NCBI RefSeq assembly: GCF_006345805.1
Contig: NC_043005.1
Location: forward strand, 30,318,001-30,382,000
Length of the DNA: 64,000 nucleotides
Source of the DNA: Octopus sinensis
Lineage: Eukaryota
Direction: 5' to 3'
Numbering within the stretch: the stretch's first letter is position 1; the number at the start of each line of letters is the position of its first letter. Both the position numbers and the translations under genes were made by a program. Below, in pieces: positions 11,663 through 23,495 of the stretch. The notes beneath the pieces are model-generated. The model did no database searches and was not told where the DNA came from. It worked only from the letters and a program-made list of their open reading frames with translations.

Positions 11663-13022
11663 ATATATTTTCCAGAATTCCACCTCACAAGAGGAGTCAG
11701 AGATGAAGAGTTCAAGAAAAAAGAAACGGTCAGGATGGAAATCCATAAAGAAAGGTGTGTCAGAGGTATGTTGACATATGCTGACATATAAACAGTGTTA
11801 CAGAGCTGTATGTGAATGTGTGTGTGTATGTGCAAATATCTTGTACCATATTTGCTCTGGCCCCTGTTTTTCATACCCTACAACTCTCCTCTCCTTATTC
11901 TCCTACCATAAAGTCTTGCTTCCTCACTCGAGGCTTGTTGTCCTGAAAACTGCACGGTAAGCAAACTTGTGTTGGTGGCATTAAGAAGCATGGACTGTTA
12001 CAGCATGGACTAGTTGCTTCCTAATGCCAACCCACTTTCAGCCTGTAAGGTGGTTGGCATTAAGAAGACAACAGACTTTCACACAGTTTCTGCCTACAAA
12101 ATTCACTTCCATGGCATTGGTCAGCCTGGGGCTATTGTAGAAGATACTTGTTCAAAGTGCCACGCAATGGGACTGAACCCCAAACCATGTGGCCGCAAAG
12201 TGAGCTTCTTAACCATTCAGCCACCATGCCTCTGCCTAGGTTTTAATAAATTGTACAATGTATTAACTAACCATAAACAAGATTAAGCAATATGCTATAA
12301 AATGTCAAAGCTACAGCTGCTCTGATTTAGTGACAATAAGAACTATATCTCTCACTTACTTTCTATCACTCTCTCTGACTCTCGATCACTCTCTCCCCCT
12401 CAACACACATTTATAGCAAAGACGGAAGAAAATGAAACCTCTAGAAAATGGTAACTCTGCCACAAACATTGATCGATAGACTTAATCTATTGTCTGCTTT
12501 AACATCATTATCAACACTGCTGTTGAGCAGGATATCCTTCTGAAAGCCTTAAAAGGGGTCATAGGCACCACCTTTCTTCAATCCTTAAAAAAACACAGAA
12601 AAGTTGTAGAGATTTATTTCATTCAAAGTACAGATGCCTCTCTTTTATTAACACTTAACAGACAGAGTGAGTCAGTTGATACAGAGGTTTTGGGAAGGAA
12701 TGGTTATAAGAGCGATATCCTCATGTATGGCCTTTGACCAAATTTAACATCTGACAATAACTGTCAGCACTTAAGTGAAACATGAGCATAAGACGGTAAA
12801 CTGAATGTTGAACATGTAGTAGACATGTTGTAGACATGTAGTAGACATATTACTAAAACACTTGGACAATGTTATGACTAAAAATAGAAAATCTAAATTC
12901 TCTAAATTTGAATGTTGTCTTTGACTCAACCCAGCTTTCCACTTTAACCATTTTATTTACTCACCCATCTCAGACCACCCTAGCTTTATAATACAATCTT
13001 CCCATTTTAAAGTGATCTAAAT

Positions 13023-13197
13023 CAGGGGTTCCTAATCTTTTTACTACCAAGGACCCCTTTTATTTCAATGAGTTTTCCCACAGACCACAGGATATTCTTA
13101 TCTGTATGTGTGTGTGTGTGTGTGTGTGTATGAAATTTTAAATTTAGTTCATGGATCCCCAGTAGTACCTTTACGGACCCCAGATTGGTAGCCACTG
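13023..13197. mobile_element. hAT-type MITE
   Basis: CAGGGGTTCC...GCCACTG termini with exact 8-bp TSD ATCTAAAT (13015-13022, 13198-13205). Confidence 0.85.
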
Positions 13198-13360
13198 ATC
13201 TAAATCAAAGCTTTCTATCAACATTTCATGTTAATTTGTTTCAGACACCATCTTAATAATAACACAAATTTATTTTATTAAATGTTTAATTGTCTTTAAA
13301 ATTCATTGAAACAAAGACAGTTAATTTCAATAGAAATGATCATCATTGTCATCATCGTCG

Positions 13361-13403
<43 letters not shown>

Positions 13404-13507
13404 GGTAACTCACCACATCTGAAGGTGGTAGCTCACCTCACCTGAAGGTGGTACCTCTTAGGTGGTAGCTCACCTCACCTGAAGGTGGTAGCTCACCTCA
13501 TCTGAAG
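13404..13507. repeat. 23-bp minisatellite (GGTGGTAGCTCACCTCACCTGAA), about 4.5 units
   Basis: Units at 13424, 13461 and 13484, plus degenerate or truncated units at 13404 and 13447. Confidence 0.9.
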
Positions 13508-13655
13508 AGTATATGTTTATGCATATGCCTGTAACCATAGGAAGAGATAATGATGTGTTGTAAAGTACAAATGTGTTGTCTAAACTTATCAAATAACTAT
13601 ATATTAGAATATATTTGTATACACACACACACGTGCACACATACACACATGCATG

Positions 13656-13687
<32 letters not shown>

Positions 13688-13944
13688 TGCACACATTGTT
13701 GGTGTTAGGAAGGGCATCCCTACCAAAATAGACAGTGAAAAGCCAAGAGCAGTCTTCTGCCTAGCCAACCCCATCATATCAACCAACTCATGTCAGCATG
13801 GGAAATGGACATTAAATGATGATGATGATGATGATATAATGTAAAGGAATAGGGATTTGAAATCTGGACAGGTACCTTACGGGCACTCTGATATCCAGAT
13901 CTGGTTAGCCATATCAAATGAAAGGGAATACTTTTTTATTCTTT

Positions 13945-14358
13945 ACTCTTTTACCTGTTTCAGTCATTTGACTGTGGCCATGCTTGTTTCAGTCATTTGC
14001 TTTAGTCGAGCAAATTGACCCCAGGACTTATTCTTTGTAAGCCTAGTACTTATTCTATCAGCCTCTTTTGCCAAACTGCTAAGTTACAGGGACGTAAACA
14101 CACTAGCATTGGTTGTCAAGCGATGTTGGGGGGACAAACACAGACACACAAGAATGCACACACATACATACGTACATACACATATACATATATATGACAG
14201 GCTTCTTACAGTTTCTGTCTACCAAATCCACTCACAAGACTTTGGTCAGTCCGAGGCTATAGTAGAAGACACTTGCCCAAGGTGCCACACAGTGGGACTG
14301 AACCCGAAACCATGTGGTTGGTGAGCAAGCTACTTACCTCACAGCCACTCCTGCACCT
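13945..14358 (-). mobile_element. SINE family 2, full length
   Basis: Collinear with 21180-21566. Confidence 0.85.
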
Positions 14359-14444
14359 ATGTTTAGAATTATTTAAGATAAATGTTTAGAATCATTTAAG
14401 ATATCATGTCTTTATTATAACAGCCTGTATATTGCATATTATAA

Positions 14445-14900
14445 ACTTTGGGCCTCACAGAAGCAGTGACAGGTGACAGAGACCTTTGGTAATATACTGT
14501 GCTTGAGAAGACCCATCAAGCCGAGTGAGATTGTGGCCAAGGCTGATGCCAATGTCGCATAATTGGCAGCCAGACTGGTGGCACATAAAAAGCACCTTTT
14601 GAATGATAGGTAATATACTGTGCTCGAAAAGACCTGTCAAGCCAAGTGAGATTGTAGTTGTGGCTGGTGCTGGTGTTTCATAACTGACAACCATGCCGGT
14701 GGCACATAAAAAGCACCCACTACACTCATGGAGTGGTTGGCATTAGGAAGGTCATCGAGTCATAGAAACCATACCAAGTCAAATTGGAACCTGGTGCATC
14801 TCCCCAGCTTATCAGTTTTCAGTCAAACTATTCGACCCATGCCAGCATGGAAAATGGACATAAAATGATGATAATGATGATGATGATGATGATGATGATA
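14445..14900 (+). mobile_element. RTE 3'-end-derived repeat with duplicated ~130-bp unit
   Basis: Matches the RTE 3' UTR at 46450-46900; its (GAT)n tail ends about 40 nt before the 14943 acceptor. Confidence 0.8.
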
Positions 14901-14942
14901 TATATATATATCTGATATGTAACATATTTTCTTTAGTTTCAG

Positions 14943-15206
14943 CTACAGTCCAGAAAAATTTTGAACAACATGATGACAAAAGTACGACAAAATTCATCTA
15001 AGAGACGAGTGACCATGGTTGAAAACATTAACATAACTCCAGATTCTAAAGAGAGCAGTGGTCAGTGGGCTGAAACTCGAAGACCATCCAGTGCAGTTGA
15101 ATCAAACCAGTCTAATCATTCGTTTGTGTCTTCAGAGAAATGTCATCCATGTCGTATGCATGAATCTGTGATTGTGGTTCATGACATGGAAGAGGAATCG
15201 GATTAA
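14943..15206 (+). CDS. Candidate terminal coding exon of an unrecognised small or orphan protein
   Basis: Pyrimidine-rich acceptor (TTTTCTTTAGTTTCAG|), 87 non-repetitive codons LQSRKILNNMMTKVRQNSSKRRVTMV...HDMEEESD*, followed by a U-rich region with AATAAA at 15751-15756. Confidence 0.5.
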   Translation, partial: LQSRKILNNMMTKVRQNSSKRRVTMVENINITPDSKESSGQWAETRRPSSAVESNQSNHSFVSSEKCHPCRMHESVIVVHDMEEESD

Positions 15207-16467
15207 TATTTGCCATAAGAATTTTATCTCTTGTTTATTTCCTGTTCATTGTTAGTTGTTTACTCTTTAACATTCATTACAGTTGTTCATTGTTTGATGT
15301 TCATTCATAAACATCCATACGTGTGTCTGTAAAGATTTCCAATATGACTCACAGAATGATAGGAGAGGATTAGAGTCAACTAAATCATTTCTTACGTCAC
15401 TAATGATAAGTATTTTATTGACCTTGGAAGGATAAAAGGCCGGCAATGCCTTAAAAGGCATCAAATTGTTCACAGATGTTCATCACACAATAATATTGTT
15501 CACTGACATTTTTTATTCATTATTCATTATATGAGTTCTGATGTTCAACTTTTCTTACTCATATAACTGTACATTGTTCACTGTTTATTGTCAACAGTTT
15601 TTCATTCTATGTTTTCCTACAGAACAAAAAGTATTTGTTTACTCTTTGTTTATGACTTATTGATAAAAAAAACTTCTTTTTTTTTTTGACAAAAGTTGTT
15701 CATTGTTCATTGATAACATTTTACAGATCATTGTTTATGTCTTTAACTAAAATAAACCAACACAATTTTCAAAGATTTAATTTGCATTTGATTGGTCGAC
15801 TTCTCTCATTTGCATGTTCCGACATTAAAATAGTTTTCTTAATTGATAAATTATTTCCCAGTTACCATTACCTAGAATGTGGCAAACACAGATCTGAAAG
15901 TCCAGTCTTTGATTATACTGCAGTGCCAACAACAACAACAATAATAATGATAATGGTCTCAAATTTTGGCACAAGGCCAGCTATTTTAGAGGAAGTGGGC
16001 AAGTCTATTACTTTTACCCTTGTATATAGCTGGTACTTATTTTGCTGATCCTGGAAAAATGAAAGGTAAAGTTGGTCACAGCAGTATTTGAACTCAGAGT
16101 GTAAAGATCCAAAAGAATTGCTGCCAAACATTTTGTCCAATCCACTCACAATTCCGCAAATTGAAGCTTTAATGATAATAATAATTATACTACTAAGAAT
16201 GATAATCCTTTCTGCCATAGACACAAGGCCTGAAATGTGGATTGCAGAGGGGGTGAAATGGTCAATAACATCAGCCCCAGTACTCAACTGCTATTTATTT
16301 CATCAATACCAAAAAGAAAAAAAAAAGAAGCAAAATTGACTTTGTTGCAATTTGAACTCAGAACATAAAGACAGACAAAATGTCACTAACCATTCTGCCA
16401 GTTTGTCACCATGCTCTCTGGGTGAGACTTGGAGTCATCTTGTGCAAATACAAAGCAAAAGCCAAAC

Positions 16468-16507
<40 letters not shown>

Positions 16508-17159
16508 GATGATGATGATGATGATGATGATGGTGGTGATGGTGATGGTGATGATGATGATGATAATAATAACTGTACCAGACAGTGGCTCTCTTGGCTT
16601 CTGATCTTAACATGAAGTGTTATCATGTACATTGTTTTGTCTTGGTATAAAAGATATGTTACAGCAAATATTCTGCCCAATACCACAGATTTGCTTGTCA
16701 GTTGTTTGACCTTAACCAGTTGAGTATGTCCCTTAGTGGCTGACAATATGTGCATCTCTGATCACAAGCAGAAGTAGTGGGGGAGCATTGTAGCCGTGTG
16801 TTGAAAGGAATTCTTGGAGGTTTGGATAAGTCACCTTTGGAAATATGGGTGGTTCGTTTAACATCCTTAAACAATCCTTATTCAGGGACCTTTTGAGCGG
16901 GAGGGGCTACTCAACCAGAAGAAAACTCTAACTGGGCCCCACCTTCAAGGTCATGTGCTGTTTATCTTGATATGAGATCACCATGTCACACACATATAGT
17001 TGTGATGCATGTGCCTGGTGTACCCTTATCAGACGGGTAGTCATGATGGGTATACTGGGCTTCGTATATTTTACCCCAGTGTCACTTTGATGGCATGCAC
17101 TGCTCTCTCACTCAATGATAATAATAATAATAATAATAATAACAATAATGATGATAATG

Positions 17160-17608
17160 CAAAGACCCTATGGGATTTTATGATTCAGTTCGACCATGAG
17201 ATAGAGAATAGGAAATCAGACATAGTCTTGAGAAAGAAAACAAACTGTGCTGGATCATAGATATAGCAGGCCCAGCTGACAACAAGGTATGTGATAAGGA
17301 AGAAAGGAAAGTCGATAGATATGACAGGCTAGCTAGGGAGGTTAAGCTGTTGTGGTTCATGAAAAAGGTGGTAGTATCACCAATAATTGTCAGAGCCCTG
17401 GGAACAGTGAGTGAAAACCTTGAGAAGTACATGGAACAAATAGCGGCTGCAATAAGGGTGGAGCACTTGCAGAAAACAGCACTGCTTGGAACTGCTCGAA
17501 TACCTCAGAAGATGCTTGAAAAATAGAGGTATTACCTTAGTTCACTGGTAGTGAACAGTTGACACCATAATACATCTCCAGCGTTAGAAGCCATACAAAG
17601 ACAATAAA

Positions 17609-17655
<47 letters not shown>
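17160..17655 (+). mobile_element. R4/Dong-type LINE 3' end (restriction-like endonuclease), (TAA)n tail
   Basis: LWDFMIQFDHEIENRKSDIV..CWIIDIAGPAD..ALGTV..LQKTALLGTARI across frameshifts; flanked by (AAT)n on both sides. Confidence 0.8.
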
Positions 17656-17656
<1 letters not shown>

Positions 17657-17986
17657 GCAACAACAACAATAATACCGTAGGCTGCAGGTAGCAAGCCCAC
17701 TACACATGCAAAACTCCAGGAAATCCAACAAAACCTGTGATAAAGAGAAATAATAATAATAATAATAATAATCCTTTCTACTAAAGGCACAAAGACCTGA
17801 AACTTGGGGGAAGTGGACTAGTTGATTACATTGACCTCAGTGTTTCACTGGTACTTAATTCATTGACCCTTGAAAAGATGAAAGACAAAGTTGACCTTAG
17901 CAGAATTTGAACTCAAATTGTAAAGACAGATGAAATACCACTAAGCACTTTGCCTGGCGTGCTAATGATTCTGTCAGTTTGCAGCC

Positions 17987-18032
<46 letters not shown>

Positions 18033-18269
18033 TGATGATGATGATGATGATGATTCTTTTTAATTTTGGCACAAGGTTAGCAATTTTTAGAAGGGACAAA
18101 CCAATTACATTGAGCCCAGTACTTGACTGATACTTTATTCTATTGAGCCTGAGAAGATGAAGGGCAAAGTTGACCATAGCAGGATTTGATCTCAGAACAT
18201 AAAAAAGCCTGAAGAAATACAGCTAAGCATATTTTCTGATGTACCAATGATTCTGCCAACAAAACTTAA

Positions 18270-18900
18270 AAGGAAAGATATTGATCTAGAAAGCCTACAA
18301 AAAGTCATTTGCAAAATCCACTAAGATATAAAACTGAGCATGAGATTAAACAAATGTACAGAAGCGAAAATAAAAAATGAGGAGACAAATTGACTGAAAC
18401 TAACAACATCAAATTAGATATTGATTGTAAAGTTGGAGAATTAGACCAAAAACAGCCGTTAAATTACTTCAGGGTAAATAAAAATGATAAACTACAACAT
18501 ACAGAAATGAAGAAGAAATTAGAGATAAAACAGAAGTGTCTGACTAATGTTAAAGAGTCAGAGTAGTGCTAGAAGTAAGATAATAGGAATAAACATATTA
18601 ACCATGCTCGGTTATAAATTACAGCTTCAGCAAAATAAACTGGAAATTAAGTGAAATGAATAATAGATGGAAACGCTAGAAAACTGCTTACAAAGTTAAT
18701 GAGAGAGAATATTCCCCCACCCCAACCTATACTGGGAGATTGGGTTTGAATAGAAATAGAAAACTGACATAAAGTAATATTTCTTGAATGAGTGAAAAAT
18801 GGAGCGACTTAGAAGGAAGCAAATGGGAACTGTTTAGAGTAATAAAATAGATGAAAAGAATTTCTTCATTTACACACACACACACACATGCATGTTCAAG
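18270..18900 (+). mobile_element. Highly decayed R4/Dong-type RT C-terminal remnant
   Basis: DIKLSMRLNKC and INYSFSKINWK..RKLL-like stretches with many stops. Confidence 0.45.
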
Positions 18901-19093
18901 AAAATGCTAAACTACAAGTTGAAGGAAAAGATTTAGAGAATGACAAAACAAACAACAGAAAAGGTTCAAAAAGACAAAAGAACAGATCAAAATGAAATTC
19001 CAGATTATATCAAATAAAAACTAGAAAGAAAAGCCACACCATGGCCAATACTCCATTTGAATCAGCAGAATGAAAGCCAATAATGGTCCAAAA

Positions 19094-19362
19094 GATATTG
19101 AAGCATGTGCCTCTTATGAGCCATGTACATCTCTGAGCCATGTATCTCTTTGAACTATGGGTCTCCTGGAAGCATGTGATTCTTTGAGTTGTGTACATCT
19201 TTGAATCATGTATTCCTTTGAGCCACGTACCTTTTTGAGCCATGTTCCTACTTAGGCCACATGGCTCTTTGAGCCAGGTGCCTCTTTGAACCTGTACTTA
19301 AGCCATGCACTTCTTTAAACTATATACCTTTTTTCAGTCATGTACATCATTGAGCCAAGTAT
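19094..19362. repeat. Degenerate 17-bp minisatellite (CTCTTTGAGCCATGTAC), about 16 units
   Basis: Periodic TTTGAGCCATGT-like core by eye. Confidence 0.85.
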
Positions 19363-20584
19363 GTCTAATGATATTTCTTTAATCTAAACACTGAGCTCTT
19401 TCAAGTATTGTATGTCTGTCTTGGAAGAGTATCCTGAAGATATACAAATTTAAATATCTTTGGAACATTATCCACTTTTTAATGTTGTTCTTACTCCTAT
19501 ACAAACTTTGAACATTATTCTCCTTTCTAGTTTGTGTGCCTTTAAACACTGCCCCATTAATAGTGCTCTTGAAAAAATCGCACCTCAGGCAAAGAAAAAA
19601 ATCTTCTGTTGAATATTTTCTTTGAATAAATTTATGAATAACTTTAATGTAAAGTTAACATTCAAGGTATGTTGCATGACATCTCTTGAATGAGATTGTT
19701 TTCCTCTCCCTGCCCCTTTTTTTATGTTAATAGAAATTATATATGTTCAATGTTAAGCATAAGAGGAAAATGAAGATTAACTAGTTCAATGCCTGTCACC
19801 CCATGGACAGTAAACTGGTAAAATTTAAATTCAAATTCTTTGTGCATCAAATAAAAAACATATTCAATTCAAATACAAAGAGTCTTTCAAAGAATCAGAA
19901 AGTTATTAACATTATTGCTACTTTTCATTTTCAGAAAAATAGAGGTTATACTAGGCAATTTTTAATCGCGTAAATTATTGGAATTTAGGCTGTTATATCT
20001 GAGATGCAATAAAAAAAAATATATTTTTGATAACTTGCTTTATTTTCAAGCAATTATTTAAAAATAACTTATTCACTACAATTACACATTGGACAACACA
20101 CTTTAGTCATCCCCCAAAATACAAAAAAAAACTGTTAACTTCACTTAAGCATTTATGTTTTGGTATCAAAATTATCATTGTTCTGATCACAGACACAGTT
20201 CCAATGCAATTTTTATACCAAATATTAGTTTGAGGAAAAATTTCATGTACTGTATTAAAATAATGCTTTTTATTTATTTTTGTGGTGTGTGTGTGTTCAT
20301 TCAGTTCATTATTTTAACATGGTGCATAAACTTTTTGCTCAACCTAGTAATAAAGTTGATAAAGAGTTCATAACCACAGAAGAGCTGAGACTGATTTAAC
20401 AATAGTTATATGCTTTATGCTGTTTATTACAGTTTTATTATTAAACTGGGAATAAAATGAAATTGTGCTGACAACCTGAAGTGGGGAGTTCCATCTCTTT
20501 CACAAAACTAACATCCTGCTTGCTCCTGTCTGTCTCTCTTTCTATTTGTCAGCCTACCTGCCTGTTTGTTTATTTACCTGTCTG

Positions 20585-20640
<56 letters not shown>

Positions 20641-20999
20641 TCTCGTTACTAAGGAACATAAACACTCACTGTTTCCATGGATAGCAAAACTAGTTCAAAA
20701 ATTAGGTTCAAGAAATATATTAAGCTGAAACATCAAGATGTTTGCAAGATTGTTATCATATACACCACTGTGTGTGTGTGTGTGTGTGTGTGTGCATGCA
20801 TGTGTGTGCGTGTGTGTGTGTTTTTCTATAGATCACTATGAAAATGTTATCCTATATACCATGGTGTATGTGTTATCCTATTGTGTATATGTGCATTATC
20901 CCATAAATTATAGCATATATGTATTAACTCATGTCCCACAGTATTATCCTATATGCTACAGTGTGTATGTTATCCTATATATTACTGTGTGAGGTACTC

Positions 21000-21175
21000 T
21001 TCATTGAACAACCAAAGCTGTCCGACAAATGGGAAAGTGAAACTCTGAGTAGCAGTTTTTTGTGATATTTTTGAGATGTTTTTGCAGATTTAATAAAAAA
21101 GCATATTACTCTACCTCTGGTATTTGAGTACTATTTTACCCACCTTGCTTCACATTTATGTGCTTACTCTGGTAT
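21000..21175 (+). mobile_element. Short repeat family C (hammerhead-like motif plus AATAAA)
   Basis: GCTGT-CCGACAA-ATGGGAAAGT-GAAA-CTCTGAG-TA-GCAGT at 21017-21056; homologous to 25529-25664 (-). Confidence 0.55.
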
Positions 21176-21179
21176 TTTT

Positions 21180-21566
21180 TTTTTTTACTTGTTTCAGTCA
21201 TTTGACTGCGGCCATGCTGGAGCACCGCCTTTAATCGAGCAAATCGACCCCGGGACCTATTCTTTGTAAGCCCAGTACTTATTCTATCAGTCTCTTTTTG
21301 CTGAACCACTAAGTGATGGGGACGTAAACACACCAGCATCGGTTGTCAAGCAATGCTAGGGGGACAAACACAGACACACAAACACACACACATACATATA
21401 TACGACGGGCTTCTTTCAGTTTCCGTCTACCAAATCCACTCACAAGGCATTGGTCGGCCCGGGGCTATAGCAGAAGACACTTGCCCAAGATGCCATGCAG
21501 TGGAACTGAACCTGGAACCATGTGGTTGGTTAGCAAGCTACTTACCACACAGCCACTCCTGCGCCT
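21180..21566 (-). mobile_element. tRNA-derived SINE family 2 (CORE-like GGCACCTTGGGCAAG, central microsatellite), full length
   Basis: Head GGCGCAGGAGTGGCTGTGTGGTAAG..GGTTCAGTTCC; 3' end GACTGAAACAAGTAAAA. Confidence 0.85.
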
Positions 21567-21580
21567 ATATACATACCGTA

Positions 21581-21619
<39 letters not shown>

Positions 21620-22865
21620 AGGCTTGTATGTACATATGCATGTTCATATATACAAATGTATGTATATATATATGCATGAATGAATATATGTATGTATTTC
21701 GGTAAGTTGATTGGTAGGAGGTATATTTGTTTTTGTTAGGCTTCATGGAGGCAATGACCGAGACCTTTGGCATTATGTCATGCTTGGGAAGAAGACCCAT
21801 GAAACCGAGTAAAATTGCAGTCATGGCAGATACCAGTGTCATGCAAATGGCACCTGTTGAAAACCATTCCAAATCAGACTGGGGTCTGGTGCAGCCTCCC
21901 AGGTTACCAACCTTGGTCAAACTGTCCAACCATGGCAGCATGGACAATGGATGTTCAATGATGATGATGATGATGTATGTATGCACATATGCATGTATAC
22001 AGGTATCAGGGCCGGCCTTAGGGTTGCTGGTGCCCTGGGTAAGCTGAACTTTGGCATGTACAAGCTGACGACTGTGGAAATTTCCTTGTCTTTGTCATGC
22101 CTGCCTTGGCACCCCCGAGCACATGGCACCCTGGGTGGCTGTCTGAGTTGCTTGTCCTATGAGCTGGCCCTGATAAGTACAAATACATATATGTCATGCA
22201 TATGAATGTAAGTGTGTGTTCATCTATGTATGTATGAATGTATTCATTTATGTATGTATATATGTATTCATGTATGTATGTATATATGTATTTGTGTGCT
22301 AGTGTTTGCACAACTGTGTATGGTTATGTGTGACTCATTGCAAACAGTTACAAATCATTAGAAATAATATTTGTCTAACAACTGACAACAAGTCCAGTTT
22401 ATGACTGGATGTGTTTTCTAGACTAAAGCCACTGAACAGCCCTGGTAATCACACATGTTGCTAAGAGACCATTATCTGTATATAATGTTTGTTTTATTTA
22501 GAAATGTCTCCATTGGAATGCTTTGATTGATTTACCTCTTTCTGTGGATTTGTTTGTTATTATGAAGGGAGGGGGCAGACTCCTTAACCCTTAAAATCGC
22601 TTTTACACAGGGCAAACAGCAATATTTGGGTGGGTGTGTTTGTGTAGGACTGCATGAGAAATCAACAAAAAGAACAGCAATGGAATTTTTAAGTATTATA
22701 GTGCATGCATGGCTGTGTGGTTAAAAAGTTTCCTTTCCAACCACATGGGTCTTGGTTCAGTCCCACAGCATGGCACCTTGGGCAAGTGTCTTCTACTACA
22801 GCCCCAGGTTGAACAAAACCATGTGTGTGGATTTGGTTTTGGTTGACAGAAACTGAAAGAATCCC

Positions 22866-22867
<2 letters not shown>

Positions 22868-22953
<86 letters not shown>

Positions 22954-22957
22954 TGTG

Positions 22958-22990
<33 letters not shown>

Positions 22991-22992
22991 TT
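22868..22992. repeat. (TG)n microsatellite
   Basis: Direct reading. Confidence 0.95.
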
Positions 22993-23266
22993 GCGTCTCC
23001 TTGTCTTGATATCACATGATTATTGTAAATGAGTGTCACTGTCATACAAACAATGTTCTGCAAAAAAGTGTCTGGCCATGGGGAACCATTACCTTGCTTT
23101 GAAACAGTTGTTGGTCGATGACATTTGACCATAGAAAATCTACCTCAATAAACTCTGTTATTCCAATGGCTTCTGTTCCATAAATCTGTTTTTGTACCAT
23201 CTCTCTTCAAATGTTGCTGATTCTCTGGCCTCTCCTTCTTTTATCAGCAATATTTCGTTTAACCAA

Positions 23267-23495
23267 GGCAGCGAGCTGGCAGAATCATTAGCACGCCAGG
23301 GAAAATGCTTAGAGGTATTTCATCTGTCTTTATGTTGAGTTCAAATTCCACCAAAGTCAACTTTGCCTTTCATCCTTTCGAGGTTGATTAAATAAGTACC
23401 AGTTACGCACTGGGGTCAATGTAATCAACTTAATCCCTTTGTCTGTCCTTGATTGTCCCCTCTATGTTTAGCTCCCTGTGGACAATAAAGAAATA
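23267..23495 (+). mobile_element. tRNA-derived SINE family 1
   Basis: Head GGCAGCGAGCTGGCAGAA..GAGTTCAAATTCC, central GTCAACTTTGCCTTTCATCC..AAGTACCAG domain; further copies near 2650-2790(-), 15960-16150(-), 16215-16410(-), 17770-17990(-), 18055-18260(-), 32410-32600(-), 62530-62738(-). Confidence 0.85.

Noticed and set aside
12417-12450. 34-nt micro-exon (QRRKKMKPLEN) between the orphan-gene exons
   Set aside because: Ends in phase 1, incompatible with the phase-0 acceptor at 14943; no other support.
15243-15709. miR-317 target cluster
   Set aside because: From memory, miR-317 begins UGAACAC and needs GTGTTCA sites; none of the ten TGTTCA copies is preceded by G.
19094-19362. CRISPR-like array
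   Set aside because: Contiguous degenerate units without unique spacers, no cas genes, eukaryotic context.
21465-22047. ORFs of 173 aa and 106 aa
   Set aside because: Span SINE and RTE 3' UTR sequence plus microsatellites; not independent genes.
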